Assembly (NCBI GenBank): GCA_964016885.1
Contig: OZ024742.1
Coordinates: forward strand, 71,610,001 to 71,674,000
DNA: 64,000 nucleotides
Direction of reading: 5' to 3'
Source of the DNA: Eledone cirrhosa
Taxonomy: Eukaryota
In this document: one piece after another, positions 53,726-64,000 of the stretch
Layout: each line of letters starts with the position of its first letter
How positions within the stretch are numbered: position 1 is the stretch's first letter
Translations under genes and position numbers: made by a program
Notes under the pieces: model-generated
Database searches by the model: none
Told to the model about the DNA's origin: nothing
What the model saw: the letters and a program-made list of their open reading frames with translations, nothing else

Positions 53726-54164
53726 AGATGGTGCCCTATATTAAGGCCTAGGTAGTCTTTGAATATAGCACAATAACATTACATGGAATTATACAAATAT
53801 ATAATGATGATGCAAGCATGGAAAAACATGTAAATCGGTAGTAATGGTGTTGTATAAGACTCATGGGTTCATGTATTTTTAGTAATTATACATTATGAGC
53901 CTTGCTTTGACCCCAGAAAAAGGGGTGGCCTATACTTATTTATAGTATAGATCTAACATTCATTTCTATCTTACACACATGTAAGAGAATCTCTTTGCAA
54001 AACAATTTTAGAATGAAACTAATGAGGTCAATGACCTATTTGGTCATAGAGAAAACCCACATCTACTCTTCAACAGTGAGGCTAAAAATGTCTTTTCACT
54101 AAATAAAAACACACCAGACGGAACCTCTCTCTTGCTCTCTCTCTCTCTCTATATATATATATCA

Positions 54165-54500
54165 TCATCATTTCATTTTACGTCCGCTTTTTCCCTGCTT
54201 GCAAGGGTGGGACGGGAACTGATTTTGGCTTGATTTCTACAGCTGGATGCCCTTCCTAACACCAACCTCATTTACAGTGAGTGCTGGGTGCTTTTTTGCC
54301 GTGGCACCTCCACGACCACTTTGCAGTGGAATGATAGGGACCCCAGTCCTTATCATCTCATTTCTACAGCTGAGTAAACTGGAGCAATGTGAAATAAAGT
54401 GTCTTGCTCAAGGAAACAACACATCACCCGGTCTGAGAATTGAACTCACAACCTTTCGATTGCAAGGTCAATGCTCTAACCACTAAGCCATGTGCCTCCA
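54165..54500 (-). mobile_element. Young tRNA-derived SINE, complete
   Basis: Near-identical reverse complement of 14328-14660. Confidence 0.85.
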
Positions 54501-56967
54501 TATATATATATGGAAAATAAATATTAATTGCTGATGACAATGATATTGCTGATTACTATTAGCAATTAATATCAGATCAGCACTTAACACATTAATCTTA
54601 TTAATACTAAATAGTAATTGCATTTGGAATATCATCATCATCATAAATCATTAATCTTATTGTTATTCTATTATGAGTTTATATTTCATATGTTGGTGTA
54701 ATGTTTGTGCTAAATTACATTCTGTGTAAACATTTTCAATTGACTCACTGATAATGTCCTTACATCTGTGATTATACATTCACCAAGATCTACAGTAAAG
54801 TTAAGGTCACATGTTTGGCACCACAATTAACTAATAAAATATGTGACACCAATTTTAATAGAAACAGGAACTTGCCTAACCTCACTCTCACATAGCTTCC
54901 AGTTAAGTCACAATCTTGTTATTCTTCTTCTGTTTCTGTAACAGAAGGCGGATATGTTTTTACAAGAAAATATCCCTGAACCAGTACTCCATAAAGATAG
55001 AAAACCAGTGTAGTTCAAATCATGCTAAGTTGATACAAAACTTACATTTTTTATGTTTTATTTTTTTTTATTTTTGTGTTTTTACCAGGATCCAGTTGTG
55101 GAAAATATTTTTTTTGTTTTTTGTTCTTGCTATAATGAGTCAGAATTATATACATACACAACTATGGATTAACCTATAAATGACAACACCACACCCTAAG
55201 ACCAGAGCTAAAGATTTAATGATCCCAAAAAGGAATTTTAATCATAGCTTGAAAAGATGTCTGCCGTAATTTTAAAGTCACTGCCACATAATTCTTCAGG
55301 AAATACATCTTAGATTCTACTCACATGTATTGAGTAGCTCATTCAGTTAATGTTTGGACGTTTTATAATGGACTCGTACATAAAACTACCCATCAGTGAT
55401 ACTCACACATACATACATGCATGCTTTTCTTTATGGAGAATTAGACTAAGATTTAAAATAAGAATACATGGTGGTATTTTTGATAATCGACAATGGCCAC
55501 TGACAAATGTTATGTATGAAAAGGAAACAAAAATGGGTGGATATGATACATTTGATTGTGTCTAGTTTGTTACAGTGACCTAAATTTGTAAGATTGTTTG
55601 TCATTCTTTCACAATTAATACAATAAATACCAGGTGTATACTTGGGTTCAGTTCACTCAGGAATTTAACTTGAGTTTATCTTGCTCTAAAGAATTTATGT
55701 ATGGTTTAAACATATCCACAGAAAATATCACTACTCCATACAATTACGGTGAGTTCATTTTGCCTTTTTCTTTTCACTTCTCATATTTCTTTGTCCGATC
55801 TCTCTTTCTCTCTCTCCACACACACATATATATGTCCAAGAGTTTGCGACTTGGGAACCTTTTCATTTCTGCCACTGTCCACTCTCCTCTATCTTTCTAT
55901 ATCTTCTTCAATTTCTTATTCTATTTTCTGATGAATGACTAGCATCTAAAACGTGAAGAGTCTTTTCCTACTATACCAAGTGTAAAACTAATAATGTATC
56001 TTCATTGTACTGTCATTTGCTTGGTTATTTCTGTTTGCCTTTTGCCTGCATGCATACAAACACTCATAAACATAATCATATATATCATCATCATCATCAC
56101 CATTTAACATTTTTTCATGCTTGCTGTGACACTTGCTACTTACTGTACCTAAACATCGGCCACATATAAAAGCCTACATTCTTTGCTAGCCTACCTGTAA
56201 TCCCACTACATCTTTTATGGATCCATATCTTGCATCTGGGACATAGGATGGAATTTCTACCTACTCCTTTCTTACACACTGAGCAAGGCCATTACCCAGA
56301 GGGGATCTGGACCCTGTATATATATATCAAAAGTATGTTTACAAACCAATCAAGAAAGAGAGGTAGGAGATTAGTTGTGAGAATTATAAGCCAGTAGTGA
56401 AGAGGATAGTGTACTCAATGCGTATTAAGTGCAAGACAAACGAGAGAATTATATGTCAAGCAAAAAGTGTATAAGCAGAGCATTAATATAAACATTAATT
56501 GTTAGAGAATACAGTACCAAATTCTTACCTTCTTTTTACCCCCTCTGCCGGTCGCTCTCTCTCGGCTGTCTCTTCCTCACACTTTCACTCACTCACTCTC
56601 AGCTTCTCCCCCTCTCTCACTTCCTCCCGTTTGACCTGTGTGAAATTCTTTTTTTCGCTCACATCTCACCCAGGTCGGATGGTCTTTACCTCTTGTCTAT
56701 GATTTCACCGAACTTAAGTTCATAGATATCACTGACTTGTTTCTCCTCTTCCTCTCTTTCCGTTGCATTACCATCTATGTTTATTTACATGTCTCACTCG
56801 CTTCACCCTATTTTACTTGTCCCAATAACTTTCTTTAGTTATTGCTCGCACCAACCAGAGGTATATGATCTTTAAAGTGAAGGAATACCAATGAAGGTTT
56901 GAAGATCACTGATGAAGGACTAATTTTATTCATATGTAACCCTTGTGTAACCATGCAGCACGCCATT

Positions 56968-57034
<67 letters not shown>

Positions 57035-57869
57035 ACTTCTTTCTTTATAGCTCCCTGCTATTGTTTATGGTCAGTCATTCTCTTCTCCCATGCAGCCACA
57101 ATCAAGTCACCCTCTTCATTGAGATATTATTTGATGAGAACATTATAATGGAGTTCTAGGTATCCTCTTCAATAGCTTTCACATTTTAGCTTGCAGTACA
57201 GCAGAACCTTGAGAGTTCTAATGTCTATCATTAAAAATCACATATTCAACCCAATATAGCTGGAATTCCAGTTGGATAGACTCAGTAGTAGGTATATCGG
57301 ATGACTGCTGGACCATCTTGGCTGGAAAAGTGATCATACAAAGACATGTTCAGTTTATATAGTAGATGACACAACTAGTTAGTTCATCAGATCTTTTAAT
57401 ATTTCAACAATAGATTGTAGATCTCAACAGATTGCACTCTTTAAGTCACCAACACCTTATACTTGGTTCATGCCATTAAATTATGGAATGGCTTTGAATA
57501 TTTTTGTAAAAAGTTCATCTTCAATCTTAATTTCTTGGTTAATATGTTAACATGTAAAAATTGTTGTAGTATAAGGGAGTGGTTAGTTTCCTTATTGTAT
57601 AAACCCAATGTCAAATTTACATGAACAGGATTGACATGCACATCCAGGTTGGAAATTTGCAGACATTGGTATCATGACAAAAAGCACCCAGCCCACACTG
57701 TAAAGTGGTTATTTCGGTGACACGATAAAAGACACTCCATCTTCACAGTAAATCTGGATGACCTTAGGAAGGGCATCCAACCATAAAAACCAAACCAGAA
57801 ACAGTTCTGTATGAGCAAGACGTGGAAAAATTGATGTTTAACGGTGATGATGATAGTGTTACTTAACTC

Positions 57870-58595
57870 GACAGAAAATAATCTTCGACTTGCATTTGAT
57901 AAGTTTGATGCTGAGTACTGCATGGCTGGAATAAAAATCAGTGTTGCAAAAATAGACACTCATCCTCTCAAGGAAGCCTGCACAGTGCACTTTACATGTA
58001 AATGAAGTTCCATTGAAGCAAGTAGAGAAGTTCAAGTATCTCACGACTGTGTTCACGAGTGATGGAAGGTAAGAGGCTGAATTAAGTGCAAGAATTGCAG
58101 GAGATGGTGCAGTAATTTTCCAGCTTCAGAAGAAGGGAGGTGGGTGTAAAAGCCAAACTCGCTATCTTCAATTTGGTATTCATGCCAACCCTTACCTAAG
58201 GTCATGAATTTTGGGTAATGACCAAAAGAATACGATCGCAAATACAAGTAGCCGAAATGGGATTCCTCCGAAAGGTCTTTGGAGTAACGTTACTTGATAG
58301 AGTGCATAGCTTGGAGATCAGAGAAGCACTCCAGGTAGAGCCACTATTTCTCTGAATTGAGAGATCACAGCTCCAATACCATGGGCACGTGGTTAGAATG
58401 TCTCAGGAAAGAATCGCTGGACAAATTTTATGGGTAAAACCAACAGGTAGGAGACCCAGGAGTAGATCCCGAGCAAGATGGTTGGATAACATCCATGAGC
58501 TTGGCTGGTCTCACTCGGGGATCCAGCCAGACCAGTTGGAGACGGTTGCTTCTGACAGGACCCAATGACAGGAATAAGTGGACGAAGAAGAAGAA
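57870..58595 (+). mobile_element. Decayed RTE LINE 3' fragment (different family)
   Basis: AGIKISVAK...LKQVEKFKYL...GHEFWVMTKRIRSQIQVAEMGFLRKV...GHVVRM. Confidence 0.75.
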
Positions 58596-58599
58596 TGTC

Positions 58600-59832
58600 C
58601 ACCCATAGGTAATGTTGTTTTTTCCACCGTACTTTTTAAAACATGTTCTGGCATGTTTAGAAATATTTTTTCAGAGTTGTATAAACACTATGGAGAAAGA
58701 AAAGCTTCAATCAGATAATTTCCAGCTTGCAAACACAAGTTTTAATTTGTTGTTATAATAATCCTTCCAGAAAATGGAAGTCACAGAAGAGCACATAGGA
58801 CATGTTATACTTTACGAGTTCAAAAAAGGCAACAGTACTACAAATGCTGTAAAACATCTGCAAAAAGTGTATTGTGAAGGTGTTTGAATGTTCGTAAGTT
58901 CTAACAATGTTTAAATTAATTTCAACAAGAGGACTTTGACTTGGATGATAGCCATTGCTCTGACCACCCTGTCTCTTTTGATAATATGTTGAAAGCTGCT
59001 ATTGAAACAAAAATCCCCATGCAACTGTTAAAGAGTTAACAGAAAAGGTTCATTTAGTGTCATCAACCATCCATCACCATTTACAGGAACTTGGGATGGT
59101 GTTGAAGCTTGGCAAGTAGATTTTACATGAACTGAGTAAAAACAATCAAAGAGACTGCATCAACATCTGCACTGCTCTTCATTCTTGAGAGTGTAAGAGT
59201 CCATTTTTAAACTGTCTTGTAACTTATGAAAAGTGGATACTGTATAAGAACGTTAAATACCACCGGCAGTGTGTTCAATCAGGACAACAAATAAAAACTC
59301 ATCTGAAACAAGATCTTCATCCTCAGAATGTGTGATACACATTGAAACCTCACCTTGTCACAAAATCAGACAATCACAACTTAAGTGCACTGTGAACAAT
59401 CCAATAGATTGGATAAAATATTGAAAGAAAAAAGGTACTCTCTCATCAGTCGAAAGGGTGCCATTTTCCATCACAACAATGCCTGACCTCATAGTTAATG
59501 GATTACATGGTCTATGATGGAAGAACGTGCCTGGAAAAGGTTTCCACATCTTCTTCATTCTCTTGATCTTGCTTCTTCAGATTTATCATTTATTTGCAAA
59601 ATTTTATTAATGAAAAACAGTGCAATTCTTTAGAGGCACTTAAAATGGATCTACAGGACTTTTTCTCCTCAAAACCATCTTATTTCTATAGAAATAGTGT
59701 ATGAAATCTCTTACAGGGTAAGAAGAATGTTATTGAATATATGCTTGATTAAATTAGTGCATAACTTGTTTTTTATCTCTTCAAAACCTAAAACCAAAAT
59801 TTATATTACTTATGGGATGGGATGACCTGATG
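58600..59832 (+). mobile_element. Near full-length decayed mariner transposon
   Basis: MEVTEEHIGHVILYEFKKG, TIHHHLQELG, EKWILY, FHHNNA, SLDLASSD; 3' TIR ...gatgacctgatg-TA. Confidence 0.85.
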
Positions 59833-60106
59833 TATATATGCGCTGTGCCTAATTGTGCTATTTTCAGTATATTGTGTATATGTGTGTCTTAACATTTTGG
59901 CTCTGTTTATCTGCATCTTTTTTTTTATATATAATTTCAAGATACCTGTTATTATGAAGTTTGTTTCAATCCTTACATTTTTTTTTTCCAGGTCTTCATA
60001 CTTGGATAATTCAAATATTAATTATTATTTTTGTTTGTTGCTATCATTATTGTTGTTGTTGTTGTTGTTGTTGTTGTTATTATTATTATGGTTTGCCTTG
60101 TGACAG

Positions 60107-60227
60107 GTCCGAACACAGAAAAAAATGATAGTGAAGAGAAGGGTAGCATGACAGCAGTCATAGTGGCTGGAACCATGGTCCCTGTCATCGTCATACTTAT
60201 TATTGTCTTGGTGACTCTCAGTTTCCG
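60107..60227 (+). CDS. Ptp99A: Ptp99A-like exon g; transmembrane helix
   Basis: tgacag| ... |gtgagt; GPNTEKNDSEEKGSMTAVIVAGTMVPVIVILIIVLVTLSFR, hydrophobic stretch of over 20 aa; phase 1 to phase 2. Confidence 0.88.
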
Positions 60228-60353
60228 GTGAGTGTTTAAAGTTACATCTGTATTACATTAATGGTTATAGTATTATATTAATGATTGAAGTAAAGAGAAT
60301 TGCTTGAAATAACGATATGTTTCTGCAGAATCTCTGGAGTAAACCTCATGGTT

Positions 60354-60817
60354 TTAACCCTTTTGATACCAACCTGCTGAAAACTACCCTTGATTCTACA
60401 ATATAAAATTGTTTTAAAGTATTTATATTAATCTAAAAATCTTCCCATCATAATTTACGTAAGAACCGTTGTTAAGTTATGCTCCAAACAACAGCTTAAC
60501 TCTTTAGCATTTAAACCGGCTGTATCTGGTCAGAATTCTCTCCCTCTTTCTGTTCAAACTGGCCACTCATACTGATGTTAAGGTATTGTTCTCAAAATAT
60601 ATAATATCAAAATCTCATAGATTCGATATTATGTGAGGTAAAACATTTACCATGAAAATATAATAGTATATATATAGATTAATGTAAATGCTAAAGGGTT
60701 AATAATAAGAAAGCTAGTTATATTACGAAATCCATTGTATTTTTTTTATTGTTTTCAAAATTATTTGAAAATCATAGGTGGTGTATTTTCTTACAAATGT
60801 GGTATTAAAAAGGTTAA
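60354..60817. mobile_element. TTAA-flanked MITE containing a nested second TTAA MITE (60496-60702)
   Basis: Outer ttaa-cccttttgatacc...ggtattaaaaagg-ttaa; inner ttaa-ctctttagcattt...aatgctaaaggg-ttaa; outer family remnants near 3470, 4255, 8850. Confidence 0.75.
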
Positions 60818-61419
60818 ATGAATTTGACAGTCATACTTAAATGTTTGAGTATTTCACCTTTTGTTAGGATATTTTAAACAACAATATACTGCTTTTGTGT
60901 TTTAATTATTAAACATCATGAGAGGTTTGAGTGAAACTAAACTAACTTTCAGACAAATATTTAATTCCTGAAATCTTATATTATCTTCCATGTAATAATG
61001 TGATAGTCTAATATTTGAATTTAAAATTGAAGTCTTTAATAGATTCAATTTTGGCTAGGTTGGTGTTTAAAGAAATGATGTATCATTCTTCTTTAAATCT
61101 GTTACCTCATCTGTCTCATATAAAATATTTGTTGGACTCAACTCTCTTCAGATATTACTCAGTTATTATCAATATAGCTACTAAATGATTATCTCATCAC
61201 TACTTCCACTGATATAGTGAGGTCTATATTTGGCTGAAAAGGTCTAATGATATTTTTTAAATGCCTAGAGTTTTTTTTCTACTTGCCAAAGTGAATAAAT
61301 TAATATCAGTTAATGAGCCAAGTATGACTTTTCCTCACCGCATAAGTAGTTTTAATTAGATTTGTGATGCTCACTGCCTCTAATGTGTTGTCACTAACTC
61401 ATATAGAACTCATCTGTTA

Positions 61420-61605
61420 TTTATAAAATGTTTGACAAAGCCGTGTCTGGAGTAAAATGTTTAATACACTCATGTGTCTGATGTAAAATGTTTGACTTTC
61501 ATGTTTTACGTAAACAATTTGATAAACTAGTGTGTTTGGTGTAAACTGTTTGGTACATGCATGTTTGATGTAAAATATTTGACATAAAAGACAAAATGTG
61601 TGAAA
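61420..61605. repeat. About 30-bp degenerate tandem repeat (tgtgtttgatgtaaaatgtttgac)
   Basis: About six units just upstream of exon h. Confidence 0.65.
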
Positions 61606-61635
61606 TAACAGAAAGCATGTTGTTATCTATTTCAG

Positions 61636-61742
61636 ATCATTGACATGTCGGGAATATTATCAAGCAGCATATAATTATTTGGCTGTTCCTAGCCACTCAC
61701 AGTCATCACAACCGACTGTCATCCCTATACCAGAAACTTATG
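61636..61742 (+). CDS. Ptp99A: Ptp99A-like exon h; cytoplasmic juxtamembrane region
   Basis: tttcag| ... |gtacat; SLTCREYYQAAYNYLAVPSHSQSSQPTVIPIPETY; phase 2 to phase 1 fits both neighbours. Confidence 0.85.
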
Positions 61743-62143
61743 GTACATTTTGGTCTTTATTTATTGATCTGTTTCTCTTCAGTCTTGCCAAAAATAGAAT
61801 GGATCAGAAAATAACACATTACATTAATTCTACATAGTATATTGTCTGACACTCTAACAATTCTATGAACCCACTGCCTTAACCAAAGCATTGAAAGATA
61901 CAGATAGTCTCTAAGTTTTCCAAGTGGTCACTCATTTATGTATTAACTAGAGTTGGTTTTTAACTGGTGTTTTCAACATGAATATTTAAAAAAACGTAAT
62001 AATTTACAACCAAAACTACACAAAAACTAGTTATGATAATATGTGGACCAGAGTTGACCATAAACTCCTGCTTTATATTACTTGATTTGTTGAGATTTTT
62101 CTCTGAGTTATTTGTTGTGAATCATTTTTCTTCTATTTCACAG

Positions 62144-62241
62144 AAGAGGCTGACTACCCTTCTATAGCAGTACGGGATTTTATTGCTCATGTGGAAATGT
62201 TACACGCTGATAGTGACATCGGGTTTTCACAGCAATTTGAT
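62144..62241 (+). CDS. Ptp99A: Ptp99A-like exon i; wedge region preceding PTP domain D1
   Basis: ttcacag| ... |gtaagt; EEADYPSIAVRDFIAHVEMLHADSDIGFSQQFD closely resembles the Ptp99A/PTPRG-type pre-D1 motif (HVxxLHADxDIGFSxxY/F); catalytic exons lie beyond the window. Confidence 0.9.
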
Positions 62242-62439
62242 GTAAGTCACCCAGCTTTTGTTTTTTGTTATCGTTGACACTACACAACACTGTATTGTTC
62301 ACCTACAATAACATACTATACAACAGTTACTGTGTTGTTCACCTAAATTCAATTTGTATATTTATATATACATATTCAGTGTGTATATTACTTATATATA
62401 CACATTGAGTTAGATAAATTCAATGTGTATATTTATACT

Positions 62440-63755
62440 CCAGCTGCTGTGATCAACTTATCGAGTTTCTTGAAGACATCACCCGGATCACTGATGGCGG
62501 CTCATGGGTGGATGTTGTTTACCTTGACTTTGCTAAAGCTTTCAATTCTGTGCCACACAAAAGGCTGATGGCAAAACTCTCTGCAATGGGTGTGAAGGAT
62601 GATCTTTTAACTGGTTGAAGTCCTTCATTCTCAGTCGAAGAGAGGTAGTCACGGTTCTAGGACAGCATTCCTCACCATATGAGATGTTATCTGGTGTCCC
62701 ATAGGGATCTGTTCTTGGCCCCCTTTTGTTTGTGGCATATATTAATGACATAGATGCCAACTTAAAGAATGCCACAGTACTGAAATATGCAGATGACATC
62801 AAGCTGTACCTTGAGAGAAAAAGGACAGATCCTGAACACTATAGATCTTGCCTGCAATCTGACCTGGACACAATGCAACAATGCATCACAGACTGGCAAC
62901 TCAAGCTAGCTGTGGACAAGTGCACCACCATGCATTTTGGGAGAAAAAACCCAGCGTCCACATACTCCCTCCACAACACTAATATCAAGAAGTCTTCTTG
63001 TGAACGTGACCTGGGCATTACGGTCAGCAACGATTTGCGTTGGGCGAAGCACATCTCTAAAATTGTCAAGAAGGCCGAGGGTGTCTTAGCATCACTCAGC
63101 AAGACCTTTGTCAGCCGCTCTCCAGCTATCTATTTAAAGCTGTACATGGCTATGGTGCGGCCACACTTAGAATTTGCATCACCAGTCTGGAACCCCTATC
63201 TTGCTCAGAACAATGACCGCCTGGAAACTGTTCAGAGACGTGCAACCAAGCAAATACCCTCCATCAGGCATCTACCATACTCTAAACGCCTTGCTTCTCT
63301 GGGCATGGAAGCTCCGACGTCTGGCAACTGACTTGGTAAACACCCACATAATTATTAACCATCTTGCCAACAACAACCCTGAGTACCTTTTTGATTTCCA
63401 TGTGTCTAACACACGTGGGCATGCCCACAAAGTCAGAAAACAGCACAGTTCCCATGACTTTTGGAAACATTTTTTCACGCTCAGAGTTGCTGAAGCATGG
63501 AACAAACTACCTGCATCAGTTGTTAGCTGTCGAAACACTGCATCCTTTAAAACCTCCATGCTTCCTGAGATTCGCCAACACTACACCTAATATTCCCCCT
63601 CCATATACACAAACACATGTATATCATGAATCATACACTGTTCACTTCCCTGGCATTTGTATATTATTCTATGTACTATACATACACCTTTGACGAGTTG
63701 TAGTACACCTGAACACTTTACACAATAATTTCATTATTATATTATTATTATTATT
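62440..63755 (+). mobile_element. CR1-clade LINE, 5'-truncated
   Basis: DVVYLDFAKAF, SGVP*GSVLGP, YADDIKLY, ERDLGI, MVRPHLEF, QRRATK, WNKLP; (ATT)n tail. Confidence 0.9.
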
Positions 63756-63769
63756 TACAGTTAAAAAAA

Positions 63770-64000
63770 TAATAATGAAATCATTGTGTATAGTGCTCAG
63801 GTGCACTACAACTCATCAAAGGTGCATGTATAGTACATAGAATAATGTACAAATGTCAGGAGAGTGAACAGTGTATGAGTCATGATGTACATATGTGTGT
63901 GTTTGGAGGGGGAATATTAGGTATAGTGTTGGCGAATTTCAGGAAGCATGGAGGTTTTAAAGAATGCAGTGTCTCGGCAGCTAACAACTGATGCAGGTAG
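63770..64000 (-). mobile_element. Second CR1 copy, 3' end, tail-to-tail with the first
   Basis: Diverged reverse complement of 63509-63740. Confidence 0.85.

Noticed and set aside
54945-55013. Possible exon after a good acceptor (KADMFLQENIPEPVLHKDRKPV)
   Set aside because: Open only in phase 0 whereas the upstream exon ends in phase 1; no convincing donor before the stop
59992-60106. Strong polypyrimidine acceptor and hydrophobic ORF extension upstream of the TM exon, suggesting a second TM helix
   Set aside because: The acceptor at 59991 is 115 nt upstream and out of frame; the hydrophobic run comes from a (GTT)n/(ATT)n microsatellite

Overview
AT-rich, repeat-dense eukaryotic (metazoan) genomic DNA. 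The SINE/LINE families and long (TA)n tracts suggest an octopus-like cephalopod; this is inference. The window lies entirely inside one plus-strand gene. Nine GT-AG exons, found by eye with consistent splice phases, encode three FN3 domains, a transmembrane helix and the juxtamembrane start of a receptor tyrosine phosphatase most like Ptp99A (HVEMLHADSDIGFSQQFD). The introns hold RTE-clade LINEs (one with an uninterrupted 981-aa APE-RT ORF carrying a PHD-like finger), a decayed Gypsy element, CR1, HERO-like and CRE-like fragments, mariner/hAT/TTAA MITEs, tRNA-derived SINEs and several Penelope-like elements. The most striking signal is non-coding and invisible in the ORF track. About 15 intact, degenerate or half type-I minimal hammerhead ribozyme motifs from several unrelated families occur here, repeatedly arranged as head-to-head inverted pairs or foldbacks, some with no protein-coding remnant. 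A candidate 51-nt cassette exon and nested inverted repeats bracketing one FN3 exon pair are also noted. All coordinates were read by hand; repeat boundaries are approximate.
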